A DNA stretch of 64,000 bases from Myxococcota bacterium (lineage in GTDB: Bacteria > Myxococcota_A > UBA9160 > UBA6930): the NCBI GenBank assembly GCA_965223415.1, contig OZ245002.1, positions 448,001-512,000 on the forward strand, written 5' to 3'. The translations under genes were made by a program, and so were the position numbers. Shown here one piece after another: positions 48,107 to 57,850 of the stretch (the stretch's first letter is position 1; each line of letters opens with the position of its first letter). Below the pieces are notes generated by a model that worked only from the letters and a program-made list of their open reading frames with translations, was not told where the DNA came from and made no database searches.

Positions 48107-49102
48107 TCAGGAACGTCCCTTCGTCGCGCCGACCGGGACCTCGAAGTCGCAGAGGACGCCGGGAGCGAGGCCGTGCTGCTCGCGGAAGTCGGGCATCCGC
48201 CGCCGCACGTCGGCCAGGGCGACCTGGCCGGCGGTGAAGCGAGCGTTCAGCTCGACGACCGGACGGAAGGCCTCGCAGCCGGCGGCGTCGCGCCAGACGA
48301 AGCCGTCCACGCCGCAGGGGCCGTGGTAGCCGACCTCGGCGGCCGCCAGGGCGACGGCCACCGCGGCTTCCCGCAGGGCCTCGTCGTGGGGAGAGCCGGA
48401 GCTCGTGCGCCCGCGGGAGTCGACCCGGCCCCGGTGGCCCTGCACGATGCCCGCCTCCGAGGTGCGCTGCTCGAAGGTGCCGAGGAGCAGCACGCTGCCG
48501 CCCTCCTCCACCAGGAGCTGGGCCGACAGATCGGCGCTGCGCGGGACCCAGGGCTCGAGCAGGGCGCCGCCGCGGAGGGCGAGCCGGGGAAAGGCGCCAC
48601 CGATCGCTGCCCGGTCGAGGCCTGCACGGGGTACGGCGACGCGCCCGCGGCCGCTGCTTCCGAGCCGCGGCTTGAGCGTGAACCCGCCGAGGCTCTCGGG
48701 GGCGGAGGCGAGGGCGGCCTCCAGGATCGCCCAGGCGGCGGCGCCGTCGCGCAGCTCGTCGGGCTCGAGGACCGCCACCTCGTCCCACGGCGGCGGCAGC
48801 AGGCCGGCTTCCCGGGCCGCCGCGAGGGCGAAGGCCTTGTCGTGGACCTTCGCCACCACAGCGGGCGGAGCGCCGAAGAGGCGCCGGCCGGCCGCTTCGG
48901 CCCAGTCGAGCGCCTCCACGGTGTTGAGCCAGGCCGCGGCCTCCACCTCTTCCAGCCAGGCCAGCGGCACCGGCGGCGCGAACAGGCTCTCCCAGGCCCG
49001 GGCCAGGGCCGCCGCGGCGGGCTCGCGGATCCGCTCGCGCCAGCCGGAGCCCTCTTCCGCCGAGAGGTTCGGGAGCAGGATCGGCCCGTCCGGCGTGCTC
49101 AT
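48107..49102 (-). CDS. ATP-grasp-like protein
   Basis: VHDKAF, LKPRLGSSGRG, LLEPWV, CGVDGF, VELNARFT; ATGA-coupled to the upstream gene. Confidence 0.72.
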   Translation of the reverse strand: MSTPDGPILLPNLSAEEGSGWRERIREPAAAALARAWESLFAPPVPLAWLEEVEAAAWLNTVEALDWAEAAGRRLFGAPPAVVAKVHDKAFALAAAREAGLLPPPWDEVAVLEPDELRDGAAAWAILEAALASAPESLGGFTLKPRLGSSGRGRVAVPRAGLDRAAIGGAFPRLALRGGALLEPWVPRSADLSAQLLVEEGGSVLLLGTFEQRTSEAGIVQGHRGRVDSRGRTSSGSPHDEALREAAVAVALAAAEVGYHGPCGVDGFVWRDAAGCEAFRPVVELNARFTAGQVALADVRRRMPDFREQHGLAPGVLCDFEVPVGATKGRS

Positions 49103-49929
49103 CGCCGCTCCTGGGAGGAGCGCGCCCGGCGCACGTGCTCGATCAGCGCTTCGTCGAGACCGGCCCGGCGACGGGCGGCGGCGTCGAAGTGCCGGCCCTT
49201 CGCCCGCGCCGCGGCGAAGGGGAACGGCACGGCGGCCTCGTAGCGTGCGACCGGGTCGCCCTCGGGACACAGCGCCTCGAGCCAACGGGCCGCGAAGGCC
49301 ACGTGGCCCACCTCGTCGTCGTGCACCTGCTGGCACAGCCGGGCGCTCTCCTCGTCACCCGCCTGCCGGAAGGCGTCGCGATAGAGCAGGCTGAAGTCGA
49401 GGTTCGCCTGCTCCAGGGTGAGACCCATCGCCGCAAGGAAGGCATCCGGCCCGTCGATCGCGTCGACGTTCTTCCAGAAGTAGTCGGAGTGGGGCGCGAA
49501 GTCCGCGAAGGCAAAGCCCAGGGCGCCGAGGCGCGCCAGGTAGCCTCCGGCGTGGCGCTGCTCGTCGGCGAGGATGCGCAGCCAGCCCGCCGTGAGCTCC
49601 TGGGGCAGCGAGGGCCAACGCAGCAGCGCCCAGGCGAAGAGCTCGACGGCCTGCAGCTCGTGGTGGGCGAAGCGGGCGAGGCACAGGGCGCGCGCCGGCT
49701 CGGACACGAGGGCGCCCGGACGCGGCAGCGGCGCGGCGCCGCTCGCCATCTCGAGACCGGGCCCGCGGGCGGGGCGTGCCGGCGGCTCGGGAGAAGCGCC
49801 GGCGTCGAAGTTCGCGCCCCCGGCGACGTCGATCGGTGTTAGCTTGGCCTCGAGGTCGCCGCAGACGAGGATCCGCACGCACGCCTCGCGCACGCTCCCC
49901 TGCTGAGCCCGGATGCCGATGTCGCTCAT
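49099..49929 (-). CDS. Ferritin-like diiron protein (DUF455-like)
   Basis: HHELQAVEL, DEQRH, EQANLD, DEVGH. Confidence 0.8.
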   Translation of the reverse strand: MSDIGIRAQQGSVREACVRILVCGDLEAKLTPIDVAGGANFDAGASPEPPARPARGPGLEMASGAAPLPRPGALVSEPARALCLARFAHHELQAVELFAWALLRWPSLPQELTAGWLRILADEQRHAGGYLARLGALGFAFADFAPHSDYFWKNVDAIDGPDAFLAAMGLTLEQANLDFSLLYRDAFRQAGDEESARLCQQVHDDEVGHVAFAARWLEALCPEGDPVARYEAAVPFPFAAARAKGRHFDAAARRRAGLDEALIEHVRRARSSQERR

Positions 49930-50054
49930 CTGCGCGCAGCCTACCAGCCTGCGGGTTGGAGCCTAGGAGTTGGGCACGAATGCCCGATGGACGGGCAGGA
50001 CGGCCTCGGGGGGAGGACCGCGGGATCGCAGGAAGGGCGGCGGGGCCGAGCGCG

Positions 50055-50070
50055 CGGTATGCCCCTTGCA
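50055..50070 (+). promoter_or_regulatory. Candidate sigma54 promoter
   Basis: CGGTATGCCCCTTGCA (GG-N10-GC), upstream of SD GGAGG and ATG 50097. Confidence 0.5.
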
Positions 50071-50096
50071 CTCCCGTCGGGCCGGAGGAGAGGGCG

Positions 50097-50696
50097 ATGT
50101 GGGTTCGGGTCTTCGACGACACGCAGCAGACCGACGGCGGCGAAGGCGGTGGGCGGGGCTTCGAGATCCGGCCGCTGCCAGGAGAGCGACTCCAGCTGCG
50201 CCTGTGGGGCCCGCTGCCGCGGCGTTGGGCCGAGGGCGTGTGCAGCGGGCTGGCCCGGGCGCGCATCACCATCGAGAGCGGCCTGGCGCGCCGGGACGCG
50301 TCCGACGGCTGGTTCGCGAGCTTCCAGGTGGCGGCGGGGGCCGCGCTGCAGGACCCGCTCTCCCTCGACCTGCTGGAGCTGTCGCTGCACCCGCCGACGC
50401 CGGCCGCCTGGATCCCGATGCGGGTGGAGGGCTACGCCCTGCGCGACGACCCGGCGCTCGGGGCCTTGCGCCTCGACCTGTTCGGGCCGGACCAGCACGG
50501 CTTCCTGGGTGGGCTCCTCGAGCGGCTGGCGTTCCTCGGCCTGGCGCCGGTCGAGATGGTGATCGAGACCAGCGAGCACGGCCTGTACGACATCCTCCAC
50601 CTGCAGACGACCGACGGCCGGGTGCCGTCCGGGGTCCACCGCCGGGCGGTGGAGGAGCTGCTGGGCGGCTGCGTGTTCGAGGGCGACCACCGGTAG
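50097..50696 (+). CDS. Tandem ACT-like domain protein
   Basis: LDLFGPDQHGFLGGLLERLAFLGL...YDILHL resembles GlnD C-terminal ACT domains. Confidence 0.6.
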   Translation: MWVRVFDDTQQTDGGEGGGRGFEIRPLPGERLQLRLWGPLPRRWAEGVCSGLARARITIESGLARRDASDGWFASFQVAAGAALQDPLSLDLLELSLHPPTPAAWIPMRVEGYALRDDPALGALRLDLFGPDQHGFLGGLLERLAFLGLAPVEMVIETSEHGLYDILHLQTTDGRVPSGVHRRAVEELLGGCVFEGDHR

Positions 50697-50742
50697 GCTG
50701 CGACGAATCGACAGGGCGGGCTCCACGTCCCACCTTGACGAG

Positions 50743-51696
50743 ATGACCTCACGACGCCGGAGCATCGCCTGGGCCCTGGGCCTCGCCCTCGCCGGCACCG
50801 CGGCGAGCGCCCAGCCGGCGCCGGCCGGCGTCAACATCCGGGTGCTCTCCTGCGACGAGTACGCGGGCCGGCCGGATCTCCGGGTGGCCCGGGTGCAGAT
50901 CCGCGTCGGGCCGGAGGACGCCGTGCTCCCGGACCTCCAGTGCGGCGCCTTCGAGCGCGGCACGGATCGCGCGTTCTTCCTCAACGCGGTCGAGGGCCTG
51001 GGGCGGCTGCCGGCGGGCTCGGAACGGATCGCCCAGGTGGTGTTCCCGGCGTCGCCGCGGCATCCCGTGTGCCGCTGCGTCCTGGGCGCCCGGGTGGCAC
51101 TCCGCCAGGCACGGCCGCGGCGGGGGCCCGAGTGGTGGGACGAAGAGAGCTGGGAGCCCCCGCCCCTCGACCCGGGCCTGCTGGGCGAGCCCGACGAGCC
51201 CCCTGCCCTGCCCGGCCCCGGCGCGCTGCGCCGCGAGCTCGTGCTGCGCCCGGCGACCGAGCTGCGCGGCACCCCGGACCGGGCGGCACCGGTGCAGGGC
51301 CGGCTGACCGCATGGGAGGTGCTGGACGTCCTGGCGATCCAGCGCGGCTGGAAGCAGGTGCGGCGCCAGGACGGCGAGACAGGCTGGATCCGCTCGGACA
51401 CCGCCACGCCGGACCTGGAGGCGCCGGCCCGGGTCGGCGCCCGCCTCGACGAGCTGGCCCTGGCGCTGCTCCCCGACGGCACCGCGCCGGACGCCCTGAC
51501 CGCCTCCTGCCCCGTCTCGGCCGCCGACGCCCTCCCCGAGCTGGTCTTCGCCCTCGTCCCCGCCACCCACACGGTCTACGTCACCAACCTCTGGTACGCC
51601 CTCCACGACGTCCAACGCGAGGCTTTCCAGGCCTGGGTCCACGGCTGCCACGAGGTCACCCGCATCGTCGAGCTCGCCACCGGCGCCGAGCTTTAG
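50743..51696 (+). CDS. Secreted protein with bacterial SH3-like domain
   Basis: Signal peptide; ELRGTPD...GWKQVRRQDGETGWIR. Confidence 0.7.
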   Translation: MTSRRRSIAWALGLALAGTAASAQPAPAGVNIRVLSCDEYAGRPDLRVARVQIRVGPEDAVLPDLQCGAFERGTDRAFFLNAVEGLGRLPAGSERIAQVVFPASPRHPVCRCVLGARVALRQARPRRGPEWWDEESWEPPPLDPGLLGEPDEPPALPGPGALRRELVLRPATELRGTPDRAAPVQGRLTAWEVLDVLAIQRGWKQVRRQDGETGWIRSDTATPDLEAPARVGARLDELALALLPDGTAPDALTASCPVSAADALPELVFALVPATHTVYVTNLWYALHDVQREAFQAWVHGCHEVTRIVELATGAEL

Positions 51697-51770
51697 AAAC
51701 GGGGCCAGAGTTAAGAATTCAGTTACGCCCTTCGGGGCGTAACTGAATTCTTAACTCTGGCCCCGTTTCT
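51695..51770. repeat. Perfect 36-bp-arm palindrome with TTCG loop (family B)
   Basis: AGAAACGGGGCCAGAGTTAAGAATTCAGTTACGCCC-TTCG-reverse complement. Confidence 0.92.
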
Positions 51771-51783
51771 GTAGCATCGAGAG

Positions 51784-52002
51784 ATGGCGGAGTGGTGGCG
51801 GTTGGCGGGGTCGACGAGCGTGGTGCGGCGGGCGCTGGGCTACGCCGTGGTGGTCGGGGCGATCCTGATCGCGATCAACCACGGCGACGCGCTGCTGCAG
51901 GGCGAGCTGGATGCGACGCGGCTCTGGAAGATGGGGCTGACGGTGCTCGTGCCCTACACCGTGTCGACGCTCTCGAGCGTCTCGGCGCTGCGGAGTCGCT
52001 AG
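51784..52002 (+). CDS. NrtS-family small membrane protein
   Basis: AVVVGAILIAINHGD...LTVLVPYTVST. Confidence 0.78.
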   Translation: MAEWWRLAGSTSVVRRALGYAVVVGAILIAINHGDALLQGELDATRLWKMGLTVLVPYTVSTLSSVSALRSR

Positions 52003-53156
52003 GCGGCGCCGAGGCCCTCGTAGGCCGCGCCGATCAGCCCGAAGCCCCGGGCGTCGCCGGCCAGGCCCATCTGCATCTGGTTCATCACGTAGGCGAAGCC
52101 GACCTTCGCATCCGGGTCGGCGAAGGCGATCGAGCCGCCGGCGCCAGGGTGGCCGAAGGCGCGGGGATTCGGCCCGAGCGGGATCATCTGCTGGGTCATG
52201 AAGTAGCCGAGGCCGAAACGCATCGGCATGCCCATGAGCACCTCGTCGGGGCCGTTGGCCTGCTCGGTGTTGGCGCGATCGGTGGCCTCGGCACCGAGCA
52301 CGTGCACGCCGTCGAGCTCGCCGTCCATCGCCAGCGCCCCGTACACCCGGGCCAGGGAGCGCGCGTCGCCGTGGCCGTTGCCCGCCGGAATCTCGGCCTC
52401 GCGCCACTCCTTCGAGTTCACGGCGTCGCGCCGCGAACGCGGGTTGTCGAACACCTTGCCGAGCAGCGACTCGCCGTCCTCGGCGGCCTTGCCGAAGACA
52501 TCGGGGACACCCGGCGGCGGGGGCGGCGCCGGAATCATGTCGGCGCAGCGGGCGTGGAGCGGAGCCGGCGTGCCGATGTGGAAGTCGAGCCCGAGCGGCT
52601 CCGCGAGCTCCTCGCGGAAGTAGCTGCCGAGGCTCCGGCCGTCGATGCGCCGGACGACCTCTCCCACCAGGAAGCCGAAGGTCAACGCGTGGTAGCCGTG
52701 CTTCGTGCCGGGCTCCCACCAGGGCTCCTGCTCGGCCAGGGCGGTGCACATCCCGTCCCAGTCGTAGAGAGCGTCCTGCTCGAGGCGCTTGCGGACGGCG
52801 GGCAGGCCCGCCTGGTGGCTCAGCAGCCAGCGCACCGGGATGTCCGCCTTCCCGGCCTGGGCGAATTCCGGCCAGTAGCGGGCCACGGGCGCGTCGAGAT
52901 CCAGCCGCCCCTCCTCGACCAGGCGGTGGGCGCAGAGCGCGGTCATGCCCTTCGTGGTGGAGTAGACGTTCACCAGGGTGTCCCGCTGCCACGGCCGGCT
53001 GCCCTCGGCGTCCGCGTGACCGCCCCACAGGTCCACCGCCAGCTCCCCGTCCACCATCACGGCCACGGCGGCGCCCACCTCCCCCTTCGAGAAGCTCTCG
53101 GCGAACACCTCGCGCAGGGCGCCGAAACGCTCGTCACAGTGGCCGTGAATCGTCAT
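51999..53156 (-). CDS. Serine hydrolase, beta-lactamase-like esterase
   Basis: YSTTKG (SxxK), LLSHQAGL, GYHALTFG, FGHPGAGGS. Confidence 0.92.
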   Translation of the reverse strand: MTIHGHCDERFGALREVFAESFSKGEVGAAVAVMVDGELAVDLWGGHADAEGSRPWQRDTLVNVYSTTKGMTALCAHRLVEEGRLDLDAPVARYWPEFAQAGKADIPVRWLLSHQAGLPAVRKRLEQDALYDWDGMCTALAEQEPWWEPGTKHGYHALTFGFLVGEVVRRIDGRSLGSYFREELAEPLGLDFHIGTPAPLHARCADMIPAPPPPPGVPDVFGKAAEDGESLLGKVFDNPRSRRDAVNSKEWREAEIPAGNGHGDARSLARVYGALAMDGELDGVHVLGAEATDRANTEQANGPDEVLMGMPMRFGLGYFMTQQMIPLGPNPRAFGHPGAGGSIAFADPDAKVGFAYVMNQMQMGLAGDARGFGLIGAAYEGLGAA

Positions 53157-53234
53157 CGGGCTCTCCTCGTCGCAGCGGATGCGGCGGGTATGTTACCCGC
53201 TCGGGGCAGCGCAGCGCGGGGGCACGGATCGGAC

Positions 53235-54548
53235 ATGGCACGCAGGGCGGAGTGGGCGGTCCTCGCCCTGGTTCTGGGCTTCTCCGGCCGCGCAGGCGCC
53301 GCACCGCCCGTCGAGCTCGACCTGCTGGTGGACACCGAGTACGCCATGGGCCTGCGCGGCGCCTCGAGCCAGAAGCTCGAACTCGTAACCCAGCCGGAGC
53401 TGCGCTGGGCCCTCGGCCCGGAGACCCGGCTCACGGCCATCGGCCGTCTTCGCCTGGACGCCTTCGACCGCATCGAGCCCGGCCACCCGAGAGCGGCGGA
53501 GGTCTCGTCCCTCTCGCGCCGCGGCAGCGCCGGCGACCACGTGGATTTCGAGCTTCGCGAGCTCACCCTCGAGACCCAGTGGGGCCACACCTGGCTCACC
53601 CTCGGCAAGCAGCAGATCGTCTGGGGCCAGGCCGACGGGCTGAAGGTGCTCGACGTCGTGAACCCCCAGGACTTCCGCGAGTTCATCCTCGACGAGTTCG
53701 ACGAGTCGCGCATCCCGCTGTGGGCGGTGAACGTGGAGGCGCCGCTGGGCGACGCCACCCTCCAGCTGCTGTGGCTTCCCGATCCCTCCTACCACGAGCT
53801 GCCGGCGCCGGGCGCCACCTTCGCCTTCACGGCGCCGCGCTTCCTCCCGCCGCGTGTCCCCGGCCTCGTGCCGAGCTTCGAGGCCACGAACCGCCCCCGC
53901 CGCCTGCTGGCGGACTCGGACGCCGGCGCCCGGGTGGCCGCCCTCGTCGGCGGCTTCGACCTGAGCGTGAACTACCTCTACCACCGGGACGACCGCCCGG
54001 TCTTCGAAGGACGGCGCGGGCCGGGCCGGGTGGCCTTCACGCCGCGCCATCGCCGCACCCACCTGCTCGGCGGCACCTTTGCGAGCGCCTTCGGTGACCT
54101 CACCGTGCGCGGCGAACTCGGCTGGACGAGCGCGCGCGTGCTCTCCGTCGACGATCCGACCGATGCCGACCTGGTCGGCCGCACCGGCGAGCTCGCCTAC
54201 GTGCTCGGCCTCGACTGGTTCGGCGTGCGCGACACGCTGCTCTCCCTCCAGGTGTTCCAGAGCTGGCTGCTGCGCGATCGCCCGGGCTGGCTGCGCGATC
54301 GGGTCGACACCAACGTCACCTTCCTCGCGAGGCGCGAGCTCATGAACGAGCGCCTGCGCCTCGAGGGAATCGTGATCCACAACCTGAACGACGGCGACGG
54401 CCTCCTGCGGCCGAAGCTGAGCTTCGAGCTGCGAGACGGGCTCTCGGTGTGGGCCGGGCTCGACGTGTTCTACGGCCGGAGCCGCGGTGTGTTCGGCGAG
54501 TTCGACGGCCGGGACCGCGCGGTGCTGGGGATGCAGTGGGGATGGTGA
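53235..54548 (+). CDS. Outer-membrane beta-barrel (DUF1302-like)
   Basis: Signal peptide, GKQQIVWGQADG, DVVNPQDF, C-terminal W. Confidence 0.75.
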   Translation: MARRAEWAVLALVLGFSGRAGAAPPVELDLLVDTEYAMGLRGASSQKLELVTQPELRWALGPETRLTAIGRLRLDAFDRIEPGHPRAAEVSSLSRRGSAGDHVDFELRELTLETQWGHTWLTLGKQQIVWGQADGLKVLDVVNPQDFREFILDEFDESRIPLWAVNVEAPLGDATLQLLWLPDPSYHELPAPGATFAFTAPRFLPPRVPGLVPSFEATNRPRRLLADSDAGARVAALVGGFDLSVNYLYHRDDRPVFEGRRGPGRVAFTPRHRRTHLLGGTFASAFGDLTVRGELGWTSARVLSVDDPTDADLVGRTGELAYVLGLDWFGVRDTLLSLQVFQSWLLRDRPGWLRDRVDTNVTFLARRELMNERLRLEGIVIHNLNDGDGLLRPKLSFELRDGLSVWAGLDVFYGRSRGVFGEFDGRDRAVLGMQWGW

Positions 54549-55339
54549 GGCGACTCGGCCCGCTGCTCGTCTCTCTGCTCGCCGTCGCGGCTGCCGCCCA
54601 GGAGCTGCCCGGCGGCGCCGAGGTGGCGCGGCGCATCAACGCCCGGGAGGACGGCGGCGCCGTCTCGCGCACCCTCGAGATGCAGCTGATCGACAAGAGC
54701 GGCCACACCCGCACCCGCACGGCCCGCATGCTGCGGCGCTGGTTCGGCGAGGAGAAGCGCCTCGCCCTCTTCTACCTGAGCCCGTCGACGATCCGGGACA
54801 CCGCCTTCCTCGTCCACGACTACCCGGAGCCCGGGCGCGACGACGCCCAGTGGCTCTACCTCCCGGCCTTGCGCAAGACACGGCGCATCGCCGCACGGGA
54901 CCGCGGCAAGGACTTCCTCGGCACCGACATGAGCTACGAGGACATGAAGAACGAGACCCGCGTGGCGGCCGCCGACTACCGCTGGACCACCCTTCGCGAG
55001 GAGGCCTGCGGCGAGGCGACCTGTCTCGTCGTCGAGGCGGTGCCGGTGGACGAGGATACGGCGCGGGCGGTGGGCTACGGGAAGATCACGTACTGGGTCG
55101 ACCGCGCGCTCTGGATCGCCCGGCGGGCCGAGTACGAGGATCGGGCCGGGCGTCCCAAGAAGAGCGCGGCGATCGGCGACATCCGCCAGGTGGACGGCAT
55201 CTGGACCGTCCACCACATCGAGGTGAAGAGCCTCAAGAGCGGACACCGCACGGTGTTCCGGGTGTCGGACGTGGACTACGCCTCGGAGATCGAAGAGGAC
55301 CTGTTCACGGAGCGGGCGCTGCGGCGCGGGGTGCGCTGA
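54542..55339 (+). CDS. Outer-membrane lipoprotein-sorting (LolA-like) protein
   Basis: QWLYLPALRKTRRI, FLGTDMSYED, LFTERALRRG. Confidence 0.82.
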   Translation: MVRRLGPLLVSLLAVAAAAQELPGGAEVARRINAREDGGAVSRTLEMQLIDKSGHTRTRTARMLRRWFGEEKRLALFYLSPSTIRDTAFLVHDYPEPGRDDAQWLYLPALRKTRRIAARDRGKDFLGTDMSYEDMKNETRVAAADYRWTTLREEACGEATCLVVEAVPVDEDTARAVGYGKITYWVDRALWIARRAEYEDRAGRPKKSAAIGDIRQVDGIWTVHHIEVKSLKSGHRTVFRVSDVDYASEIEEDLFTERALRRGVR

Positions 55340-56567
55340 GGGCCGCGCCGAGCCCGGGGATCGGCTCGCCCTCGGAATGGGCCGGCGGCTCGATGCCGAG
55401 CAGCGCCGCGACGCTGGGCGCCAGGTCGACGGCACGAGGCCGTCCGAGGGATGCGCCCTTCGCGACGCCGCGGCCCATGGCGAGCAGGATCGCGTGCATG
55501 TCGTCGTGGGTGGCGGGGTCGTAGCCGTGGGCTCCGCCGTGGGAGGCGCCGAAGAGCCACTGCAGGAAGGCCTGGGCGCGGCGCCGCGTGCCGCCCAGAC
55601 GGAGTGGCGGCTCGGCCAGGAGCACCACCTGTCCGAGCCGCGTCGGGTGGCGGTAGCGAAGCGCCCGGGGCACGGCCTCGGCGCGGTAGGCCGTCAGGTG
55701 ATCGAGCTCCGCGAAGGCCGCCAGCGCGTCGTCGACCTGGGACGGATCGCCCAGGTGCAGGTGAGCGACGGAGGTGCCGTGCACGACCCGTCCACGCACC
55801 CCCGCCCGGCGCAGGAGAACGCGCGCGTCGAGGACCCGGCCGGCGGCGGTCATGCCGTGGTCGCTCGACACGACGAGGGTCGTGCGCGGCCAGAGGCCGC
55901 GGGCGTCGATCCCGGAGAGGAGTCGCTCCAGCTCGCGATCCTGGCCGCGCAGCTGTGCGGCCACCTCCGGCGCATCCGGACCGCCGTCGTGCCCGGCGCG
56001 ATCGGCGCCGTGCCACCAGGTCATGATCAGCCCGGGACGCTCGGCTTCCGGGAGATCGAGCCACGTCAGGATCTGGTCGACCTTCTCCCGCTCCGGAAGA
56101 CGTCCGTCGAAGGGCGTGCGACGGTACGTGGCGCCGACGCCGCGCCAATCGGTCTCGGAGGCGACCCAGAAGAAGACCGCCGCTCGTACGTCCTGCCGCT
56201 CGGCGGCCACCCACAGGGGCTCCGCGTCCAGGAAGCGCGCGTCTGCCGAGTAGTCGAACTCGCCCAGCCCGGGATCGAGGAAGCGGTTGGCGACGATGCC
56301 GTGCCGGTCCGGGTAGGTGCCCGTGGCCTGGGACACGTGGTTGGCGAAGGTCGACGAGGGGAACACCGGGACCAGGCGCTCGGCCGCGGCACCCTCCCGG
56401 GCGATGCGCTCGAGGGCCGGCAGGCCCTCTGCCGCGAGGGCGTCGTGACGGACGCCGTCGAGGGAGAGCCACACCACGATCGGCGCGTCTTCCGCCGGGG
56501 CGACGGCGGCCCCGAGCAGCAGCCCCGCACCGACGGCCCACGCGCGCAGCACCGGGGCCACGGCCAT
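55305..56567 (-). CDS. Nucleotide pyrophosphatase/phosphodiesterase (alkaline phosphatase superfamily)
   Basis: SLDGVR, FPSSTFANH, SDHGM, HGYDP. Confidence 0.88.
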   Translation of the reverse strand: MAVAPVLRAWAVGAGLLLGAAVAPAEDAPIVVWLSLDGVRHDALAAEGLPALERIAREGAAAERLVPVFPSSTFANHVSQATGTYPDRHGIVANRFLDPGLGEFDYSADARFLDAEPLWVAAERQDVRAAVFFWVASETDWRGVGATYRRTPFDGRLPEREKVDQILTWLDLPEAERPGLIMTWWHGADRAGHDGGPDAPEVAAQLRGQDRELERLLSGIDARGLWPRTTLVVSSDHGMTAAGRVLDARVLLRRAGVRGRVVHGTSVAHLHLGDPSQVDDALAAFAELDHLTAYRAEAVPRALRYRHPTRLGQVVLLAEPPLRLGGTRRRAQAFLQWLFGASHGGAHGYDPATHDDMHAILLAMGRGVAKGASLGRPRAVDLAPSVAALLGIEPPAHSEGEPIPGLGAALSAPRAAAPAP

Positions 56568-56570
56568 GGG

Positions 56571-57758
56571 TCAGGCGTTCGCCGCGATGGCGTCGCCGAA
56601 GCTCGCTCCCTCGGCGATCAGGCGGCGCGCCGCGTTGAGCTGGCGCGGCCGACGGAAGGCGGCGGCGCCGGCCAGCCGACCGCCCCGCCCGAAGAGCGCC
56701 AGGAAGCGGCCCGCCTCCAGGCTGCCGTGGCAGAGGTGGAGCTCGTCGCCCTCGGCGGGCTCGCCGGCGATGGCGATGCGCATGTCGAACTGGTCGCTCC
56801 AGACGTAGGGCACCGTGTCGAGGGCGCCGACCGCCTCGCCGTGGAGGAGCCGTTTGGCCGCATGAACGCCCTGCTCGACCGCGTGGGTCCAGTGCTCGTA
56901 GCGTCGCGGCGGCTCGCCGTTCGGCCCCGACCAGCGCGCCACGTCGCCGGCCGCCATCACGTTCGGCGCGGCCACCCCGGCGCCGTCGCAGACCACGCCG
57001 TCGTCGAGTGCGAGGCCCGAGCCGACGAGCCAGTCGCAGGCGGGCCGGGCGCCGATGCCGACCAGCACCACGTCGGCAGGAACAGTCTTGCCGTCGGAGA
57101 GCTGCACGGCCTCGACCCGGGCACTCCCCGCGAAACCCTCCACGCCGACACCGAGCCGGAGCTGCACCCCTTCGGCCCGGAAGCGATCGGCCACGAAGCC
57201 GCCCAGGACCTCGCCGAGACCGCGGACCAGTGGCGCCGTCAGCGGCTCGACCACGGTGACCTCGAGGCCCCGCTCGCGACAGGTGGCCGCCACCTCCATG
57301 CCGATGAAGCCAGCACCGACCACGACGACCCGGGGGCCGGCCTCGAGATCGGCGCGCAGCCCGCGGGCGTCGTCGACGGTGCGAAGCACGTGCACGCCGG
57401 CGAGGCCGTCGCCGAAGGGGAGACGCTGCGGAACGCCGCCGGTCGCGATCATCAGGCCCTCGTAGGGCACGCGCTCGCCGCTCTCGAGGGACAGGGCGGA
57501 GTCGGCGAGCTCGAGGGCTGCGGCACGCTGCCCGAGGCGCCACTCGACGGACAGGTCGTCGACGCCCTGCCTGCGCAGGGCGATCTTCTCCTCGTCCCAC
57601 TCGCCCTTCAGGAACTGCTTCGAGAGCGGCGGGCGGTCGTAGGGGAGCACCGGCTCGGCGCCGATGGCGACGAGCTCGCCCTCGAAGCCCTCGGAGCGCA
57701 GGGTCTCCAGGGCCCGAAGGCCGGCCAAGGAAGCACCGACGACGACGATGCGCTGCAC
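56571..57758 (-). CDS. FAD-dependent ferredoxin reductase-like oxidoreductase
   Basis: GASLAG, PYDRPPLSK, GAGFIG, AAGDVA, WSDQF. Confidence 0.92.
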   Translation of the reverse strand: MQRIVVVGASLAGLRALETLRSEGFEGELVAIGAEPVLPYDRPPLSKQFLKGEWDEEKIALRRQGVDDLSVEWRLGQRAAALELADSALSLESGERVPYEGLMIATGGVPQRLPFGDGLAGVHVLRTVDDARGLRADLEAGPRVVVVGAGFIGMEVAATCRERGLEVTVVEPLTAPLVRGLGEVLGGFVADRFRAEGVQLRLGVGVEGFAGSARVEAVQLSDGKTVPADVVLVGIGARPACDWLVGSGLALDDGVVCDGAGVAAPNVMAAGDVARWSGPNGEPPRRYEHWTHAVEQGVHAAKRLLHGEAVGALDTVPYVWSDQFDMRIAIAGEPAEGDELHLCHGSLEAGRFLALFGRGGRLAGAAAFRRPRQLNAARRLIAEGASFGDAIAANA

Positions 57759-57779
57759 GGCCTACGTTGTAGCGGGGCT

Positions 57780-57850
57780 CGCAGGCCATCTCCAGCGTTC
57801 AGCTCCCGCAGGCCATCTCCAGCGTTCAGCTCCCGCCGGGCATCTCCAGC
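57780..57850. repeat. 27-bp tandem repeat (2 perfect copies + 1 partial)
   Basis: Unit CGCAGGCCATCTCCAGCGTTCAGCTCC. Confidence 0.88.

Noticed and set aside
51792..53234. N-terminal extension making a 918-aa outer-membrane protein
   Set aside because: Antisense to the serine hydrolase; the signal peptide begins at ATG 53235
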